Below, in pieces: positions 39,828 to 51,064 of a DNA stretch of 64,000 nucleotides. The notes under the pieces are model-generated. The model worked only from the letters and a program-made list of their open reading frames with translations. It searched no databases and had not been told where the DNA came from. The number at the start of each line of letters is the position of its first letter. Position 1 is the first letter of the stretch. A program made the position numbers and the translations under genes. Location of the stretch: positions 32,001 through 96,000 of the forward strand of contig CM000436.1 of the NCBI GenBank assembly GCA_000165345.1. Direction: 5' to 3'.

Positions 39828-40618
39828 TTCTTACTTTAAAGTCCCACATTAATACATAGGATTTTTTAGGCCAAAGATTATTTAAATTTTCAAATTTTAT
39901 CCTTTAGTTATATTCTGAGCTTAAAGCGATTAATTGAGTTTTAGAAACAAAATTAATTTAGTGCATTGGAGTAAAAACTCCTTTTATTTCTTGGTAGTAA
40001 GAAAAGGAAGTCTGCTCTACAAACATTTGGACTAGGCCATCTAAAGAATAAGCTTAATGTTTTATTCTTAATCATTTGAAAGTTTAGTTTGTTCAAATTG
40101 TTCACTTCTCTTTTATCATTTTGAATTATAAATTAGCTTCATAGCTCTTTCTTTTATTTACAAACTTCTATTCGTTACATTTGTTTTAAACATGTATGAA
40201 TAAGATGGAATAGGCATGTTTCATCTATAAGCAGTAGATTCCTGTGAGATTCCCTATGGCTAATATACTACAACTCCGTTAGAAAGACATTAAGATCTGT
40301 GTATTATAATAATCTAAATTTCTTGGTGTCAAAGCTAAACTATTTTGAAGAATTTAACCATTATAGGTAGTATTTAAAAATATGTCTCTAACTTTCTTGT
40401 ATTTTATTGTAACTGACTATTAATTTTATTAGTTACTTTCCAACTCAATAAAGTTAGTCTTTTAAATTACAGCAATAACAGAGTTGAGTGATGTATTCTG
40501 CAATACCAAGTCCTTATGGATAAATAATATTTATTAATACTGAATTACTAAACTTCCTTGTATATTTAGCATCTTTACTATTTTCTAACTCAATATTCTG
40601 TTTGCTCAAGTCATGCAA

Positions 40619-40631
40619 TTTTGGCGGGAAA
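40619..40631. promoter_or_regulatory. Canonical E2F-like box TTTTGGCGGGAAA about 190 bp upstream of the 40816 gene
   Basis: The sequence is read directly. Confidence 0.5.
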
Positions 40632-40815
40632 TATGCAACAATAAATATTACCATTTTGTAGGAAAAAATATAATAATAAAAGAATTAGCATAGTTTGTAA
40701 GAATATGAAGGGTAGGCATTAGAGTGGACATTACTTTGTTCGGTATTTATTTAAGAACCAGCTGTGGGAAAGCAGAGTACAAATTTTAACAAGTACAAAG
40801 TTTCCTAAATGAGAG

Positions 40816-41946
40816 TTGAAAATAATGGGTAATTCTTTAGGAGTTGAGATTTTTAGAAATCAAGCTGATATTTGTATAGCAATTAATGAACTAACCAGCA
40901 AAAAAGAAAAGGTTTTGATTCTAGAAAAGATAATTAAAAGGGATGAAATGAAAGAGAAGTTTGTGATATTGGGAGGATCATTAAAGGATATAGAACTGGA
41001 AGAAACTAAAAGTCAAAGATTTTTGTTGATATTTATTCGAACAAGTTTGTTGGATTTTAAGAGAATAATTTTAGAAATTATGGAAGAAATTCAAAAAAAG
41101 ATTCAAATTTCAGTAATGGTAGAAGATAAACAAAATCAGGAAAGTTTTTATTTATTGAAGGGCAGCTTAGGTACAGACTTTGATAAGTTAGAGGTTCTTT
41201 TGTATGAAAAAGAAAGCACTTTTGACCCTGTAAGAATACTGAAACACAACTTTGAACTTGAAGATTTTCTGGAAAGATATACCTTTAAAAATAACTTCAC
41301 TAAAACTTTAGGTATATTTAATTGCCTAGATGACCAAGAACCCATCCAGCTTCAAAGTTTAAATAACAATATGGTAGATTTAACACACTTTGTTCATATC
41401 AATATTGGCAAATCATGCACAGAATTCCTACATTTTACGGAAAATTCTTGCTCAAAAAGAGTTGGAAATATTGAAATTGGAGAATACACCTTCTGGGGTT
41501 TAGTAAATATACTTGACCTCAAGATAGAAAACATGGAGGACATTGATAAGATTGTTTCTAAAGGTAATATTCAAAACTGTGATTTAATTGTTAAAGATAT
41601 TTATGGACAATCTTATCCTGAAATCAATCTTGAAGGAGATTCTGTGGCTTCTTCACTGGGAAAACTACAATTTCTTAACCATGATCAGAAGAACTTCTCT
41701 CCAGAGGATCTAATTAAGAGTATCGTTATACTACTTACGAACCAGCTTGTACAAAAAGGAATATTGCACTCTCAAATTCTCCAAGAAAACAACATTATCA
41801 TCTCAGGATTTATCACTAGCTCCCCAAAAATTATGGCAGCTATTCACAATACCTTCCAAGTTTTATCTGATAAATTTAATGTATTCTTCATCAAATCAAT
41901 TATTAATACTGCATGCATTTGTCCTAATTTCGAAATTAAATACTAA
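40816..41946 (+). CDS. Hypothetical protein (376 aa)
   Basis: The ORF has a promoter box upstream. No recognisable domain. Confidence 0.5.
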   Translation: MKIMGNSLGVEIFRNQADICIAINELTSKKEKVLILEKIIKRDEMKEKFVILGGSLKDIELEETKSQRFLLIFIRTSLLDFKRIILEIMEEIQKKIQISVMVEDKQNQESFYLLKGSLGTDFDKLEVLLYEKESTFDPVRILKHNFELEDFLERYTFKNNFTKTLGIFNCLDDQEPIQLQSLNNNMVDLTHFVHINIGKSCTEFLHFTENSCSKRVGNIEIGEYTFWGLVNILDLKIENMEDIDKIVSKGNIQNCDLIVKDIYGQSYPEINLEGDSVASSLGKLQFLNHDQKNFSPEDLIKSIVILLTNQLVQKGILHSQILQENNIIISGFITSSPKIMAAIHNTFQVLSDKFNVFFIKSIINTACICPNFEIKY

Positions 41947-42099
41947 CATCACTTCCTTCTTCTCCTCAAACTAGCCTTCTTTTCTTAAATGTTGTATATT
42001 CCCACTCCTTTTCCTTTAACTTTTCCATATCTTCTCTCATTCTTCTTATCTTTTATCCTTCCTTTTTATGTTTCTATTAATTTGCATAATCTGCACCTT

Positions 42100-42114
42100 T
42101 TTTTGGCGCCAAGG
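42100..42114. promoter_or_regulatory. Palindromic E2F-like box TTTTTGGCGCCAAGG about 155 bp upstream of the 42265 gene
   Basis: The sequence is read directly. Confidence 0.5.
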
Positions 42115-42264
42115 TCATGCATTACGCTTTAAATACTTGGCTTCTTAAAATTAATAAAAGAAATTGGTTGAAGAAAAAAAAACTTAAATTTAAAAAGAAG
42201 AAAGCATTCCAATAAACTCAACTCAATGCCTCCACTCTTGAAGTATTTGTATGGATGATTTCAT

Positions 42265-43830
42265 ATGTCAAATAAGGAGCATGAAGCAAAAGAGCGTTTC
42301 CGTCCAGGAGACATCTTTGAAGGATATTATTTCCCAGGAGTTCTATGTGGTAGAACTTTATGCTACTATAGGGATGTGGTAAGACTACTTAGAGGCTATA
42401 GGAGAAAGATTTTGAGCATGGATAGAGAGATCGATTTCAAGAATCCAGGTACCTTTAAGTTGTTTAGTCAAACATATAGAGAGATGAAGTTTAGTGCAGT
42501 ACAATTCTGTACCGAAATTGAAGAGAAGGAGGAATGCTTTCAGATTCTACTTGGTGTTGTTATTCGTCTTTTTAATAAGAGATTAGAGCTTGATTTACCA
42601 GATAATCATAATACTAATTATCAAAGTGAAAATGTTCCTTGGAAAATTAGTCAAGAAAAGATTAGTGAATTTCAAGCCAATTCCGACAGTTCTAAGGATC
42701 AAAAATCTGGAAATAAGGAAGATATTTTGGATTTGAATGTTAGTATTATGATTATGGACAGTCTCCAGGACACTTTCGATGATAGAAGCAACCACAATCT
42801 AAGAAATACTGACTTTGAAGACCTTCATCACAACGTTACAATCATATATCTGTTATTTTTAATATTTAAATCCCAATACAAAACAGGTTTGGAAGATGGT
42901 CAAGAGGATTCTCAAACTTTTGAATATATGAGAATTCCTGTTACCATTGAGACCTTAGAAACTATTAAAAAAGTTGTTCAAGATTGTGAAATAAAAGGTA
43001 ATTTATTCCCTGAAGTCAAGTTCATTTTGAATACTATGCTCCAAGATGGAATATTCCTAGTTAACTTATATAATGGACCTCAGTATTACTACCAAGATAG
43101 ATACGGTAATCCTTTGATGCCAGATCCTTTAGAAAAGAGGTTTCTAGAAATTGAAGGTGTTATTGACTCTACGGAATCAAACAATAGAGAGTCCAAAAAA
43201 GAAGATGAAAAAATTTTCATGGACTACCTTCAGGACCTGAGGACTCAATTGATACAGAAAATAGAGACATTAAGTCTCCAAGTACAAAAGGAAGAAGAAT
43301 CTAAAGTTATTTTAGAAAGTTTTCAACTACTACTAAAAGATTTGGATGAAAGGATAGCTAAATACGAACTTTTTAAGTTTAATCATTCTCAAAGGCTTAA
43401 TTCTGTTGATTTGAAAATTTCAAAAGATATTCAAAAAAAGGATGATAACAAAAGAAGAAAGATAGATAATGATCACCTATTAGATCAATCTTTAACAGAA
43501 ATAGACCTCAAAAATGGTGAGACACTTCTTCCAAGAATGTCTTTGCCTTTTACTGGTGAAAATAAAAATGAATATGGTGAATGGAAGGACTTGTTTTCCG
43601 AAAAGGATCCAAATCCAGAAGAAATCATAGATGAATCCAAAATAATTCATGAGAACACTGTTCAAATAGAGGAGAAAAACAATAAAGTAAGTGATAAGGC
43701 TTTAGAAGAAAATATAATAACAACAAGATCAAATAACAATTCTGAGACAAATAATGAATCTCAAGCTTTGGAAAATTCACTAATCTCAATATTAAATAGA
43801 ATAGAAGAATTAGTAAATAGGGAGATTTAA
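42265..43830 (+). CDS. Hypothetical protein (521 aa) with coiled-coil-like, K/E-rich C-terminal half
   Basis: The ORF has no recognisable enzymatic motif. Confidence 0.55.
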   Translation: MSNKEHEAKERFRPGDIFEGYYFPGVLCGRTLCYYRDVVRLLRGYRRKILSMDREIDFKNPGTFKLFSQTYREMKFSAVQFCTEIEEKEECFQILLGVVIRLFNKRLELDLPDNHNTNYQSENVPWKISQEKISEFQANSDSSKDQKSGNKEDILDLNVSIMIMDSLQDTFDDRSNHNLRNTDFEDLHHNVTIIYLLFLIFKSQYKTGLEDGQEDSQTFEYMRIPVTIETLETIKKVVQDCEIKGNLFPEVKFILNTMLQDGIFLVNLYNGPQYYYQDRYGNPLMPDPLEKRFLEIEGVIDSTESNNRESKKEDEKIFMDYLQDLRTQLIQKIETLSLQVQKEEESKVILESFQLLLKDLDERIAKYELFKFNHSQRLNSVDLKISKDIQKKDDNKRRKIDNDHLLDQSLTEIDLKNGETLLPRMSLPFTGENKNEYGEWKDLFSEKDPNPEEIIDESKIIHENTVQIEEKNNKVSDKALEENIITTRSNNNSETNNESQALENSLISILNRIEELVNREI

Positions 43831-43842
43831 TATATCTAATTT

Positions 43843-45000
43843 CTATAGTTCATCCCTTGTAGATGTTTTGTCTAAAAAGAGGCTGGTCACCTGAATATAT
43901 TTAATGTTAGGTTTTGAGGGATTACTTTTGACTTGTAGCTCGTTTATAGAATAAGGATGGAAAGACTTATAGTTTGAAGGATCTGGATTATCATTATGAT
44001 ATAGAATTTCAAGCATACATGGTTTCCCATATATTGCTTCAGAAAACCCAGTATCTGCCAGTATAAGTTTATTATCACATTTTATGTTAATCCTATTATC
44101 ATGTTGGATTGTATGACCAACAACCATTCTACTTAGACCCAAAATTTGTAATGTCTCATCAACAAGCTTGCAAGCTTTCTCCTCCTCTCCAAGGGAAATA
44201 TCTCTCGTCCAAAGAGGTCCATCCTCCACAAAAAAGAGAGATGAATAAAAGTCACAAAAATCTCCTTCCAATAGGTCATTAGATAATTTGTCTAACTTAT
44301 CCAGACCAAGTTTTGCGTATTTTGGGAGTAAACCTGCATGGACATAAAGGGAATCGTTAACTCTAATAGCAAGCTTCATTGTTCTTAGATATTTACCCAC
44401 AAAACCTTCTTTTGACCATTCAAAAGTTCTGTTATCTCTTCCTCCATAAGTTTGGAAATCTTCATCTGTTACATAATGTAGTTGTCCACATAAATTCATT
44501 ACTTCATGGTTTCCTAAGAGTCCCACAAACTTGCTTCCAAGAGAAGGAGCTTGAGATTTAAGCTTATTGAATAGCTTATAAATTTGTAAAGCGTGGGATC
44601 CTCTATCAACAACATCTCCAAGTTGAATAAGGAGAGTATTCTTTGCAATCCAGTCTAAGTTACTATTAATGACTCCAGAGAGGAATAAACTTGTAATTAA
44701 AGATTTCAGATCTCCATGTATATCTCCAATTACTAGTACCCTTCCTTTCCAGTTGATTTCAACGTCATTAGGTAGAAAGTTAAACTCTTCTTTGAGGATT
44801 GTCTTGGATAATTGAGATGTGGGATTTTTTGATTTTTGTAAGTTTTGAGTGTTTTTACTTTCTAGGTTTTCCTTGTCAAAAGTTTGGTTTTGTTTTTGGA
44901 TTTCATTAGAAATGTGTGAGTTAACACATTTTAAGATTCCTAAATAAAGACACAAAATAATTATATTCGAGAACAATGTTTTTTTAAGAAGTTTTCTCAT
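43843..45000 (-). CDS. Calcineurin-like metallophosphatase, Shewanella-like (Shelph-type) Ser/Thr phosphatase with signal peptide
   Basis: The N-terminal signal peptide is MRKLLKKTLFSNIIILCLYLGILKC. Metallophosphoesterase motifs are VIGDIHGDL, LGDVVDRGSH and GNHEVMN. The order and spacing fit SLP/Shelph phosphatases better than PP1/PP2A. Confidence 0.7.
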   Translation of the reverse strand: MRKLLKKTLFSNIIILCLYLGILKCVNSHISNEIQKQNQTFDKENLESKNTQNLQKSKNPTSQLSKTILKEEFNFLPNDVEINWKGRVLVIGDIHGDLKSLITSLFLSGVINSNLDWIAKNTLLIQLGDVVDRGSHALQIYKLFNKLKSQAPSLGSKFVGLLGNHEVMNLCGQLHYVTDEDFQTYGGRDNRTFEWSKEGFVGKYLRTMKLAIRVNDSLYVHAGLLPKYAKLGLDKLDKLSNDLLEGDFCDFYSSLFFVEDGPLWTRDISLGEEEKACKLVDETLQILGLSRMVVGHTIQHDNRINIKCDNKLILADTGFSEAIYGKPCMLEILYHNDNPDPSNYKSFHPYSINELQVKSNPSKPNIKYIQVTSLFLDKTSTRDEL

Positions 45001-45449
45001 TTGTCAAGAAAACTAGAGTTATTTTCTGTAAGAGTTTAAGTAAAAGAAAATTTAAGAAAAATATACTCTAAGATCCTTGGAGAAAATAAACATTAGTAAT
45101 ATTGATACCCCAAAGTTACCGCACAAAAGAAGCAAAATGAGAAATAATGATGTAAAAAATATAAAAACTTTAAAATGAGTTACTTATGATTATAGTCAGA
45201 TAAAATTAGTACAAAAAAAGTACTTATCTAGCCTTCCTTGACTCCAACTTATCGGAGATTGGGGTGGAAGGTGGACCCATATTCTGCCATTCTCCCTTTT
45301 CCTGAAGAAAAGCTCTGTAAATATAGGAAAAGAATAAGGAATAAAAAGGTTTATAAATAGTATTAGAGGTAGATTGAGTGTATTTATTTCAAAAAGTGAG
45401 AGTTTTAGGAAATATGTTTGGGAGTGTTGACTTCCAATGCATACATAAC

Positions 45450-45740
45450 TTACCTATATACATATATTCCACAAATGATATTTACCAATATGACTGAGAA
45501 AACTGCAGAAACAACTGAGATGGACTGCTCTGGAAGGAATTTCCTGAGAAAAATTGGTGACAAAAAGAATAACCCACACGGAAGAAAGACTAGGGAGATT
45601 GTAAACAAGACAAACTCAGTGAGAACTTTCTTGTTGGAAGATTCTTTCAGTACCTTAGAAATCCCAAATGGAGCAGGACCTACGCAAGAGTCGATAGATT
45701 TGGCTTGTTCCTTTGACATTCCTTCAAATATTTTCAACAA
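45450..45740 (-). CDS. Candidate small two-TM membrane protein (about 90 aa)
   Basis: Two clear hydrophobic helices are present (VLTEFVLFTISLVFLPCGLFFLSPIF and SISVVSAVFSVILVNIICGIYVY). It overlaps an alternative + strand ORF (45418..45753) that has no such structure. The E2F boxes at 45864 lie upstream of the minus-strand start. Confidence 0.3.
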   Translation of the reverse strand: MLKIFEGMSKEQAKSIDSCVGPAPFGISKVLKESSNKKVLTEFVLFTISLVFLPCGLFFLSPIFLRKFLPEQSISVVSAVFSVILVNIICGIYVYR

Positions 45741-45863
45741 ACAAAAATATTGATTATTCTATTAACACAAAGCCTATCTTTCCAGAAGTTTCTCGACCTA
45801 ATTAATTTAACGACCTTCCCCCAATTTATTTGCCCCTGCATTTTGGCCATACCGGAGCAGGAG

Positions 45864-45884
45864 GCCCGCCAATAGGCGCCAAAA
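45864..45884. promoter_or_regulatory. Paired E2F-like boxes (GCCCGCCAA / AGGCGCCAAAA) about 170 bp upstream of RPAC1 (possibly bidirectional)
   Basis: The sequence is gcccgccaataggcgccaaaa. Confidence 0.45.
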
Positions 45885-46050
45885 TTATGAAAATTAAAAG
45901 TCATAGATAGAAACAAGAAAAGAAATATAGATTCGAGGAGAAGTTCAAGAGAAGAGTCGAGCTGGGGCAAAGAGGAATTGGGAATTAAGAATTAGAGAGT
46001 GAAATTCAAGACAAGTATACGGAGGGAATAGGAAGAAGAACCAGTTCGAG

Positions 46051-47085
46051 ATGGTTTCAGAGAAGAAAGAAAGGAACAATAGATATTTAGAATGTACGAC
46101 AGAAGGCCCGAGAAATGTAGGAGGATATGGTTACATAGGAAGCAATGAGTTAAATTCAATTATTAAGGGAGACAATTATAGAAAACAAACGGTTGAGGAA
46201 ATAATAGAAACGATCGATATAAAAGTGAACGAGCTTAAGAGTGATTATATTAACTTTGACATTTCTGGAATAGATGCATCCATAGCAAACGCTCTTAGAA
46301 GGATTTTATTGGTAGAAATTCCAACAGTAGCGATCGAAACGGTCCAAATTTACCAGAATAATGGAGTAATTCAGGATGAGGTTTTAGCTCACAGACTCGG
46401 ACTAATCCCAATGCTAATCGATCCAAATACAATCGAATTTAGAAATGAAGATGAAGACCTCAATGAAAAGAATAGTGTTTGTTTCAAACTGAATGTGAAA
46501 TGTACTAAAGATGATATAAATCACGAAAAAGGAATCACAAGTAAAGCAATTTACTCGAAAGATTTGGTATGGATTCCACTTAGTGATAATCAAAGGAAAA
46601 AGTTTGGAAAGACTCCCCCAAAAGTTGTTACTGATGATATATTAATTACAAAACTTAGACCTGGCCAATCAATTGAGGCAATTCTTTACTGTGAAAAAAA
46701 TATTGGGAGAGTTCATGCAAAATGGAGTCCTGTTTGTACTGCAAGTTACCGTCTTTTACCTGAATTTGGTTTCCCAAATGGCCCTATTTCTGGCTCGGAT
46801 GCACTTAAGCTAAGAGATACAGTATGTCCTATGAAAGTTTTTGATATTGAAGATGTTACTGGCAATGCTGTCCCTACTAACCCAAGAAACTGTACCACCT
46901 GTAGAGCATGTATTGAAAAATTTCCAAATAAGATAAAGCTCTTAAAGGACAAGTTTCACTTTATTTTTTCGATTGAAACCACAGGATGTATTCCTCCTGT
47001 TGAACTGGTTAAAACTGCCATAGATATTTTGCGAAAGAAGGGTGAGAAGATTAAGAGTTCCGTAAAGTTGTTTTATGAGCAGTGA
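46051..47085 (+). CDS. RPAC1: RNA polymerase I/III shared subunit RPAC1 (AC40)
   Basis: The ORF is 344 aa. The alpha-motif NALRRILLVEIPTVAIETVQIYQNNGVIQDEVLAHRLGLIPM matches RPAC1 (NAFRRILLAEVPTMA...VQDEILAHRLGLIP). The length fits AC40 rather than RPB3. Confidence 0.85.
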   Translation: MVSEKKERNNRYLECTTEGPRNVGGYGYIGSNELNSIIKGDNYRKQTVEEIIETIDIKVNELKSDYINFDISGIDASIANALRRILLVEIPTVAIETVQIYQNNGVIQDEVLAHRLGLIPMLIDPNTIEFRNEDEDLNEKNSVCFKLNVKCTKDDINHEKGITSKAIYSKDLVWIPLSDNQRKKFGKTPPKVVTDDILITKLRPGQSIEAILYCEKNIGRVHAKWSPVCTASYRLLPEFGFPNGPISGSDALKLRDTVCPMKVFDIEDVTGNAVPTNPRNCTTCRACIEKFPNKIKLLKDKFHFIFSIETTGCIPPVELVKTAIDILRKKGEKIKSSVKLFYEQ

Positions 47086-47250
47086 TAACTGTAAACAAAA
47101 CATGTTCAATCCTCTTCCTCTTATTAATCATATGGACTATTTGTTTCCTCATTTTTATAGTTTGATATATATAGTTTTTCATTAATTCATATTCATTTAC
47201 ATCTTTAATTACGCGTTTTACTCTTTTCTAATTAAATTTTCCATTATTTC

Positions 47251-47943
47251 TTAAGCTCCTTTATTTTTCCCCCCAATTTTCTTAAATAAACCACTATCTA
47301 TAAAGAACCTACTTGTATATTCTAAATATACTTCTGAAAACATTGTCTCACTCACCAAGTGAACTTTTATTAAAGGATTTGAACTACCCATTAAGTTTAT
47401 TACTTTCTCTTCTTGATTAATTTTATTCACTTGTTCATTTTCTTTCTTAACACTGCCCCTTTCATATCCAGACTCTGGATACAATTTAGGATCAGTATCC
47501 AATGAATTAATAATAATATCAGATATATACATTGAATCCAACAAATAATATGCAAGCTCGTGCTTACACGTAATCTCTTTCTTTTGCAACACTACTTTGT
47601 CTATGTAAGAATGGCACGTACAAAAATGTCTCATGACCAGATAACTCATATCTTGTCCTTTTGTAGTTGCCTCCATAATATAAAATCTTCTACAGGATTT
47701 CCTTTCAATATAAACATCAATCTTTCCATGATCTATAAGAGAAATTGCTTTTTCAACCAAACCTGGATATATCTCCGAAATGGTCTGTAAGATTTTCAAG
47801 TTAAAGTCCATAATAGAATTTTCATGGTCTTCTGGTTGAAAATCAAGTCTTGCATTTACCGGTTTCAACTCACTTACTAAACACAAAAGCGAATTAATGT
47901 GATCTTGGTTTTTGATTGTACAATACTTGAGCATGCAAGACAT
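47251..47943 (-). CDS. SWIM-type zinc-finger protein (SWS1/ZSWIM7-like candidate)
   Basis: The ORF is 230 aa. The SWIM signature CxCx(n)CxH is FCTCHSYIDKVVLQKKEITCKHELAYYLL. Confidence 0.45.
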   Translation of the reverse strand: MSCMLKYCTIKNQDHINSLLCLVSELKPVNARLDFQPEDHENSIMDFNLKILQTISEIYPGLVEKAISLIDHGKIDVYIERKSCRRFYIMEATTKGQDMSYLVMRHFCTCHSYIDKVVLQKKEITCKHELAYYLLDSMYISDIIINSLDTDPKLYPESGYERGSVKKENEQVNKINQEEKVINLMGSSNPLIKVHLVSETMFSEVYLEYTSRFFIDSGLFKKIGGKNKGA

Positions 47944-48085
47944 TCTTATCTTTTCTTAATATCATATAGAAACTATCAATATATAATTACTAACAAAAAT
48001 CGAAGAGTTTTAATCACTTTCATTCATTCTGTAGTCTTGTAAAATGTTTTAACATTCCATGCATTTAAAGAAAAGTTCAAACGTG

Positions 48086-48097
48086 TTTTGGCGGGCC
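48086..48097. promoter_or_regulatory. E2F-like box TTTTGGCGGGCC about 145 bp upstream of the SWIM gene
   Basis: The sequence is read directly. Confidence 0.45.
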
Positions 48098-48500
48098 TTT
48101 ATTTAAAATTAGTATGTTACAAAGTAAAAATAGAGAATTTACACAATAAGTTTGGGAATAATTTTTTTTCAAAACAAATGGTGCATTTCTTCTTATTTAA
48201 CTTATAAATCCTGATTGTTTTCCATTAAACTGTGAGGATTCTTGTATTTTTTGTTGTGCAGCTACTTAATCCCGCCCCAGCTTAGGATTTGATTATCATA
48301 TCCCAGTAAGTTAGAAAATATCAATGAGCTGAATTGAAACATAGTAGTAATAAAGTAATCCCTTTTTTAATACGTTGTTAAATGATTAAATGTGAAATAA
48401 GTGGAGTAACTTACATTTGATGTATTGATAGTTCTTTATAATGCACAATAAACTTTAAAATCAAAATATGTTTGGCTTGGCGTTTTATTCATGCATTTAC

Positions 48501-50132
48501 TTAACAATAACAGGCAGGGCTTGGTCTTATTCTGTTTAAATGATCAATAGTTCCTGTAGTTCTAACAAAAACAGGATGGCTCCTCTTTTTATTCATTTGT
48601 TTTCCATTTTTCCACATGCATCCTCCATTAGTTGGGTTGGGATCAATAAATTCACCATTCTGTTTCATTTGATAGAATGCATTTGGATTTGTATCGAGGA
48701 GATATTTTTTTCTTAATTCTTCTAACTGTTTCTTGTATTCAAAGTACCCTGGAGGAAAGACAATGGTTTCATAAACCATTGGTTTAAATACTTCATTTGC
48801 ACTGGAGTAGTTTTGTCTAATATGCTTCTCAGCCTCTAAGGCACCGTATTCACCAGAACAATACATTAATGTCTTGGCTGGATTTAAGCATGAAGCTGAA
48901 TCTGCAAACGTATCATCTCTTGCAAAGTCATGAACAGAATTCTTATATCTATTTGGCACACTATAGCAGTTAAGAGATTCCGAATTGTATTGATTATTCA
49001 TTCGTTGAGGAATACAGTTATCAAATGGATTTAAGGTTGTTGAATTTGTAAAGGTTGGTCTACCAGCACTAGAGCTTCTTCCATAATTTGGAGCCGAGTA
49101 TAGTTCTTCTCTGTTATAGTAGTTATCTCCATAGTTTTGTAAGTATTCTCCCTTGTAATGGGTAATATTGGAATTGTAAGGGACATTGGATTTTCCAGCC
49201 ATGAAATTTTTAACATTTGGTGGCGGATTTGATGGTGCATTTTGAGTAACTCTTCTAGTTGGATTTCTTTTTTGTGGAAATTGATCAAAGTTTGGTTGTC
49301 GCTCTGGAAGTCTTTCTTGGGGTTGATAAAAAGATTGGTTGATATTATCTCTCAAATGTCCGTCATCAGAATCAATTGAAAATGGGTATGGTACTGTTGG
49401 ATATTCAGTTTTATTATTTGGGTAATTTGAATAGCAACCTGTAAAACTGGGTCTTGAAGCATAATCTTCAGGTACCTTGTGTCTCTCAATATCAGAATTA
49501 GACTGATTGCTCCTTTGAGCTGTTGTTACACTGCTACTTCGTCTTGGAATTCCAGAATTACTAGCGTTCATTTCATTAATTGACTTTTTTGATCTAGAAT
49601 TTGCGGGGTTATTTCCTGCTGTGCTTGAAACACTACCTAATGACCTTCTATTTGGGATGGAATTTCCATTTTGTCTCTGAAATCTGTCTAATTCGTTTGA
49701 TCCTAATCCTGTTTTAGAGGGCATTTTCCTGGTGCTACTTGTCAGATTCTGTTGAGGTGGCTGGCTCTTATTTCTAAGAGACTCAAAAGACCTTCTTTTT
49801 GGTCTTAAAGTTGCTGAATTCATTACTGTTTGGCTTCCAGGAATAGACTTATTTTCTCCTTGAATTATATTTCTTGTTAAGTCTCTGGTTCTGGGTGTAA
49901 TTACTGGAACAGGAACTGGTATAGGATAAGAATGGTCACCAATTGGAGTTAATTTGTGGGAGTTATTTCTGCCATTTGAATGCATCATTTCGTCATAAAT
50001 ATCTGTTAAAGGAACTCCCGGAGTACCCATAGGTACTACCTTAGCATCCTTACCATTAGATGGCCATATTCCTGCATATCCTAAATGCTCACTGTCCATA
50101 GCATCTAACTTATTTTTATTTGAGTAGTTCAT
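48501..50132 (-). CDS. Hypothetical N/P/S-rich low-complexity protein (543 aa)
   Basis: The ORF is long, with P/N/S/Y-rich low complexity and Cys residues in the C-terminal segment. No recognisable domain. Confidence 0.55.
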   Translation of the reverse strand: MNYSNKNKLDAMDSEHLGYAGIWPSNGKDAKVVPMGTPGVPLTDIYDEMMHSNGRNNSHKLTPIGDHSYPIPVPVPVITPRTRDLTRNIIQGENKSIPGSQTVMNSATLRPKRRSFESLRNKSQPPQQNLTSSTRKMPSKTGLGSNELDRFQRQNGNSIPNRRSLGSVSSTAGNNPANSRSKKSINEMNASNSGIPRRSSSVTTAQRSNQSNSDIERHKVPEDYASRPSFTGCYSNYPNNKTEYPTVPYPFSIDSDDGHLRDNINQSFYQPQERLPERQPNFDQFPQKRNPTRRVTQNAPSNPPPNVKNFMAGKSNVPYNSNITHYKGEYLQNYGDNYYNREELYSAPNYGRSSSAGRPTFTNSTTLNPFDNCIPQRMNNQYNSESLNCYSVPNRYKNSVHDFARDDTFADSASCLNPAKTLMYCSGEYGALEAEKHIRQNYSSANEVFKPMVYETIVFPPGYFEYKKQLEELRKKYLLDTNPNAFYQMKQNGEFIDPNPTNGGCMWKNGKQMNKKRSHPVFVRTTGTIDHLNRIRPSPACYC

Positions 50133-51064
50133 TGTTTATTAATACTTAACTTATTACTCCCTAAATTAAATGTAATTTTTGTCAAGTTTTCTTCTCAAAT
50201 TAACATATGAATGTATAATTTGTAGAGTCCTTTGAATTAGCTCCAAATTAATCAAGAGGATGCTATCATCTAATTTTAATTATGTTTCTCAGCTTGGTTT
50301 TTTCTTTCCTTGACTATTAACTTTTTCCATAACTTTTTACATGTAATTTTCTTTTCAAAGAGACATGTACATAATTTGCACACATACCAATATGTATTAT
50401 CACTGGAATAACTCAATAATATAATTATGGTTTAAATTCTTTAAACACTCAGCAGTAATTTTTATGCATTTTTGCGTTTATTTGAGTAATCGATTAGTTG
50501 GTTTCCTAAAGATGTCCTTTTTTATGTTATGAATGTAAGAAAAAATGACTTATATCTCTCAATTATGATGTCTTGTTTATTCTTCAATCCAGGAAATATC
50601 TAATTCAAAATATTTTCTCGTTTCTTTAGTTTCTTTGGAAAAATATGGTAATTTGTTTTAACGTTGGATTACTTTTTTTTTTTTTTTTAATGATTAATTT
50701 TACGCAACTTGCATGCAAACACGTAATTGCAAGTTTTGTTACCGGTATTTACATGCGAACTTTCCACATAAAATTATCACTAAGGAATATCAGTGAAATT
50801 AAAGTTGAAGAAGATTGATTGAAAAAAAAAATCTAAAAATATGTGTTTTCAAGTGATAAGTTATTAAAATTACAAGTTTGATAGAGAAATATAAAATCGA
50901 AATGCCAATAAAAAAATCTTCATACTATTCTACTTAAAAGATTAATATAACAAACAGCCAGGAATTACACAAAAATAAATATTTGATAATTAGTAACTAA
51001 GTTTTTTTTAGAAATCGTATAATTTCTCATATTTATTTTCTGTAATGATTAAAAAGATCCATTT

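Noticed and set aside
45734-45970. 78-aa minus-strand ORF covering the RPAC1 promoter boxes
   Set aside because: It spans the E2F-box cluster and AT-rich spacer, has no structure or homology, and is almost certainly non-coding.
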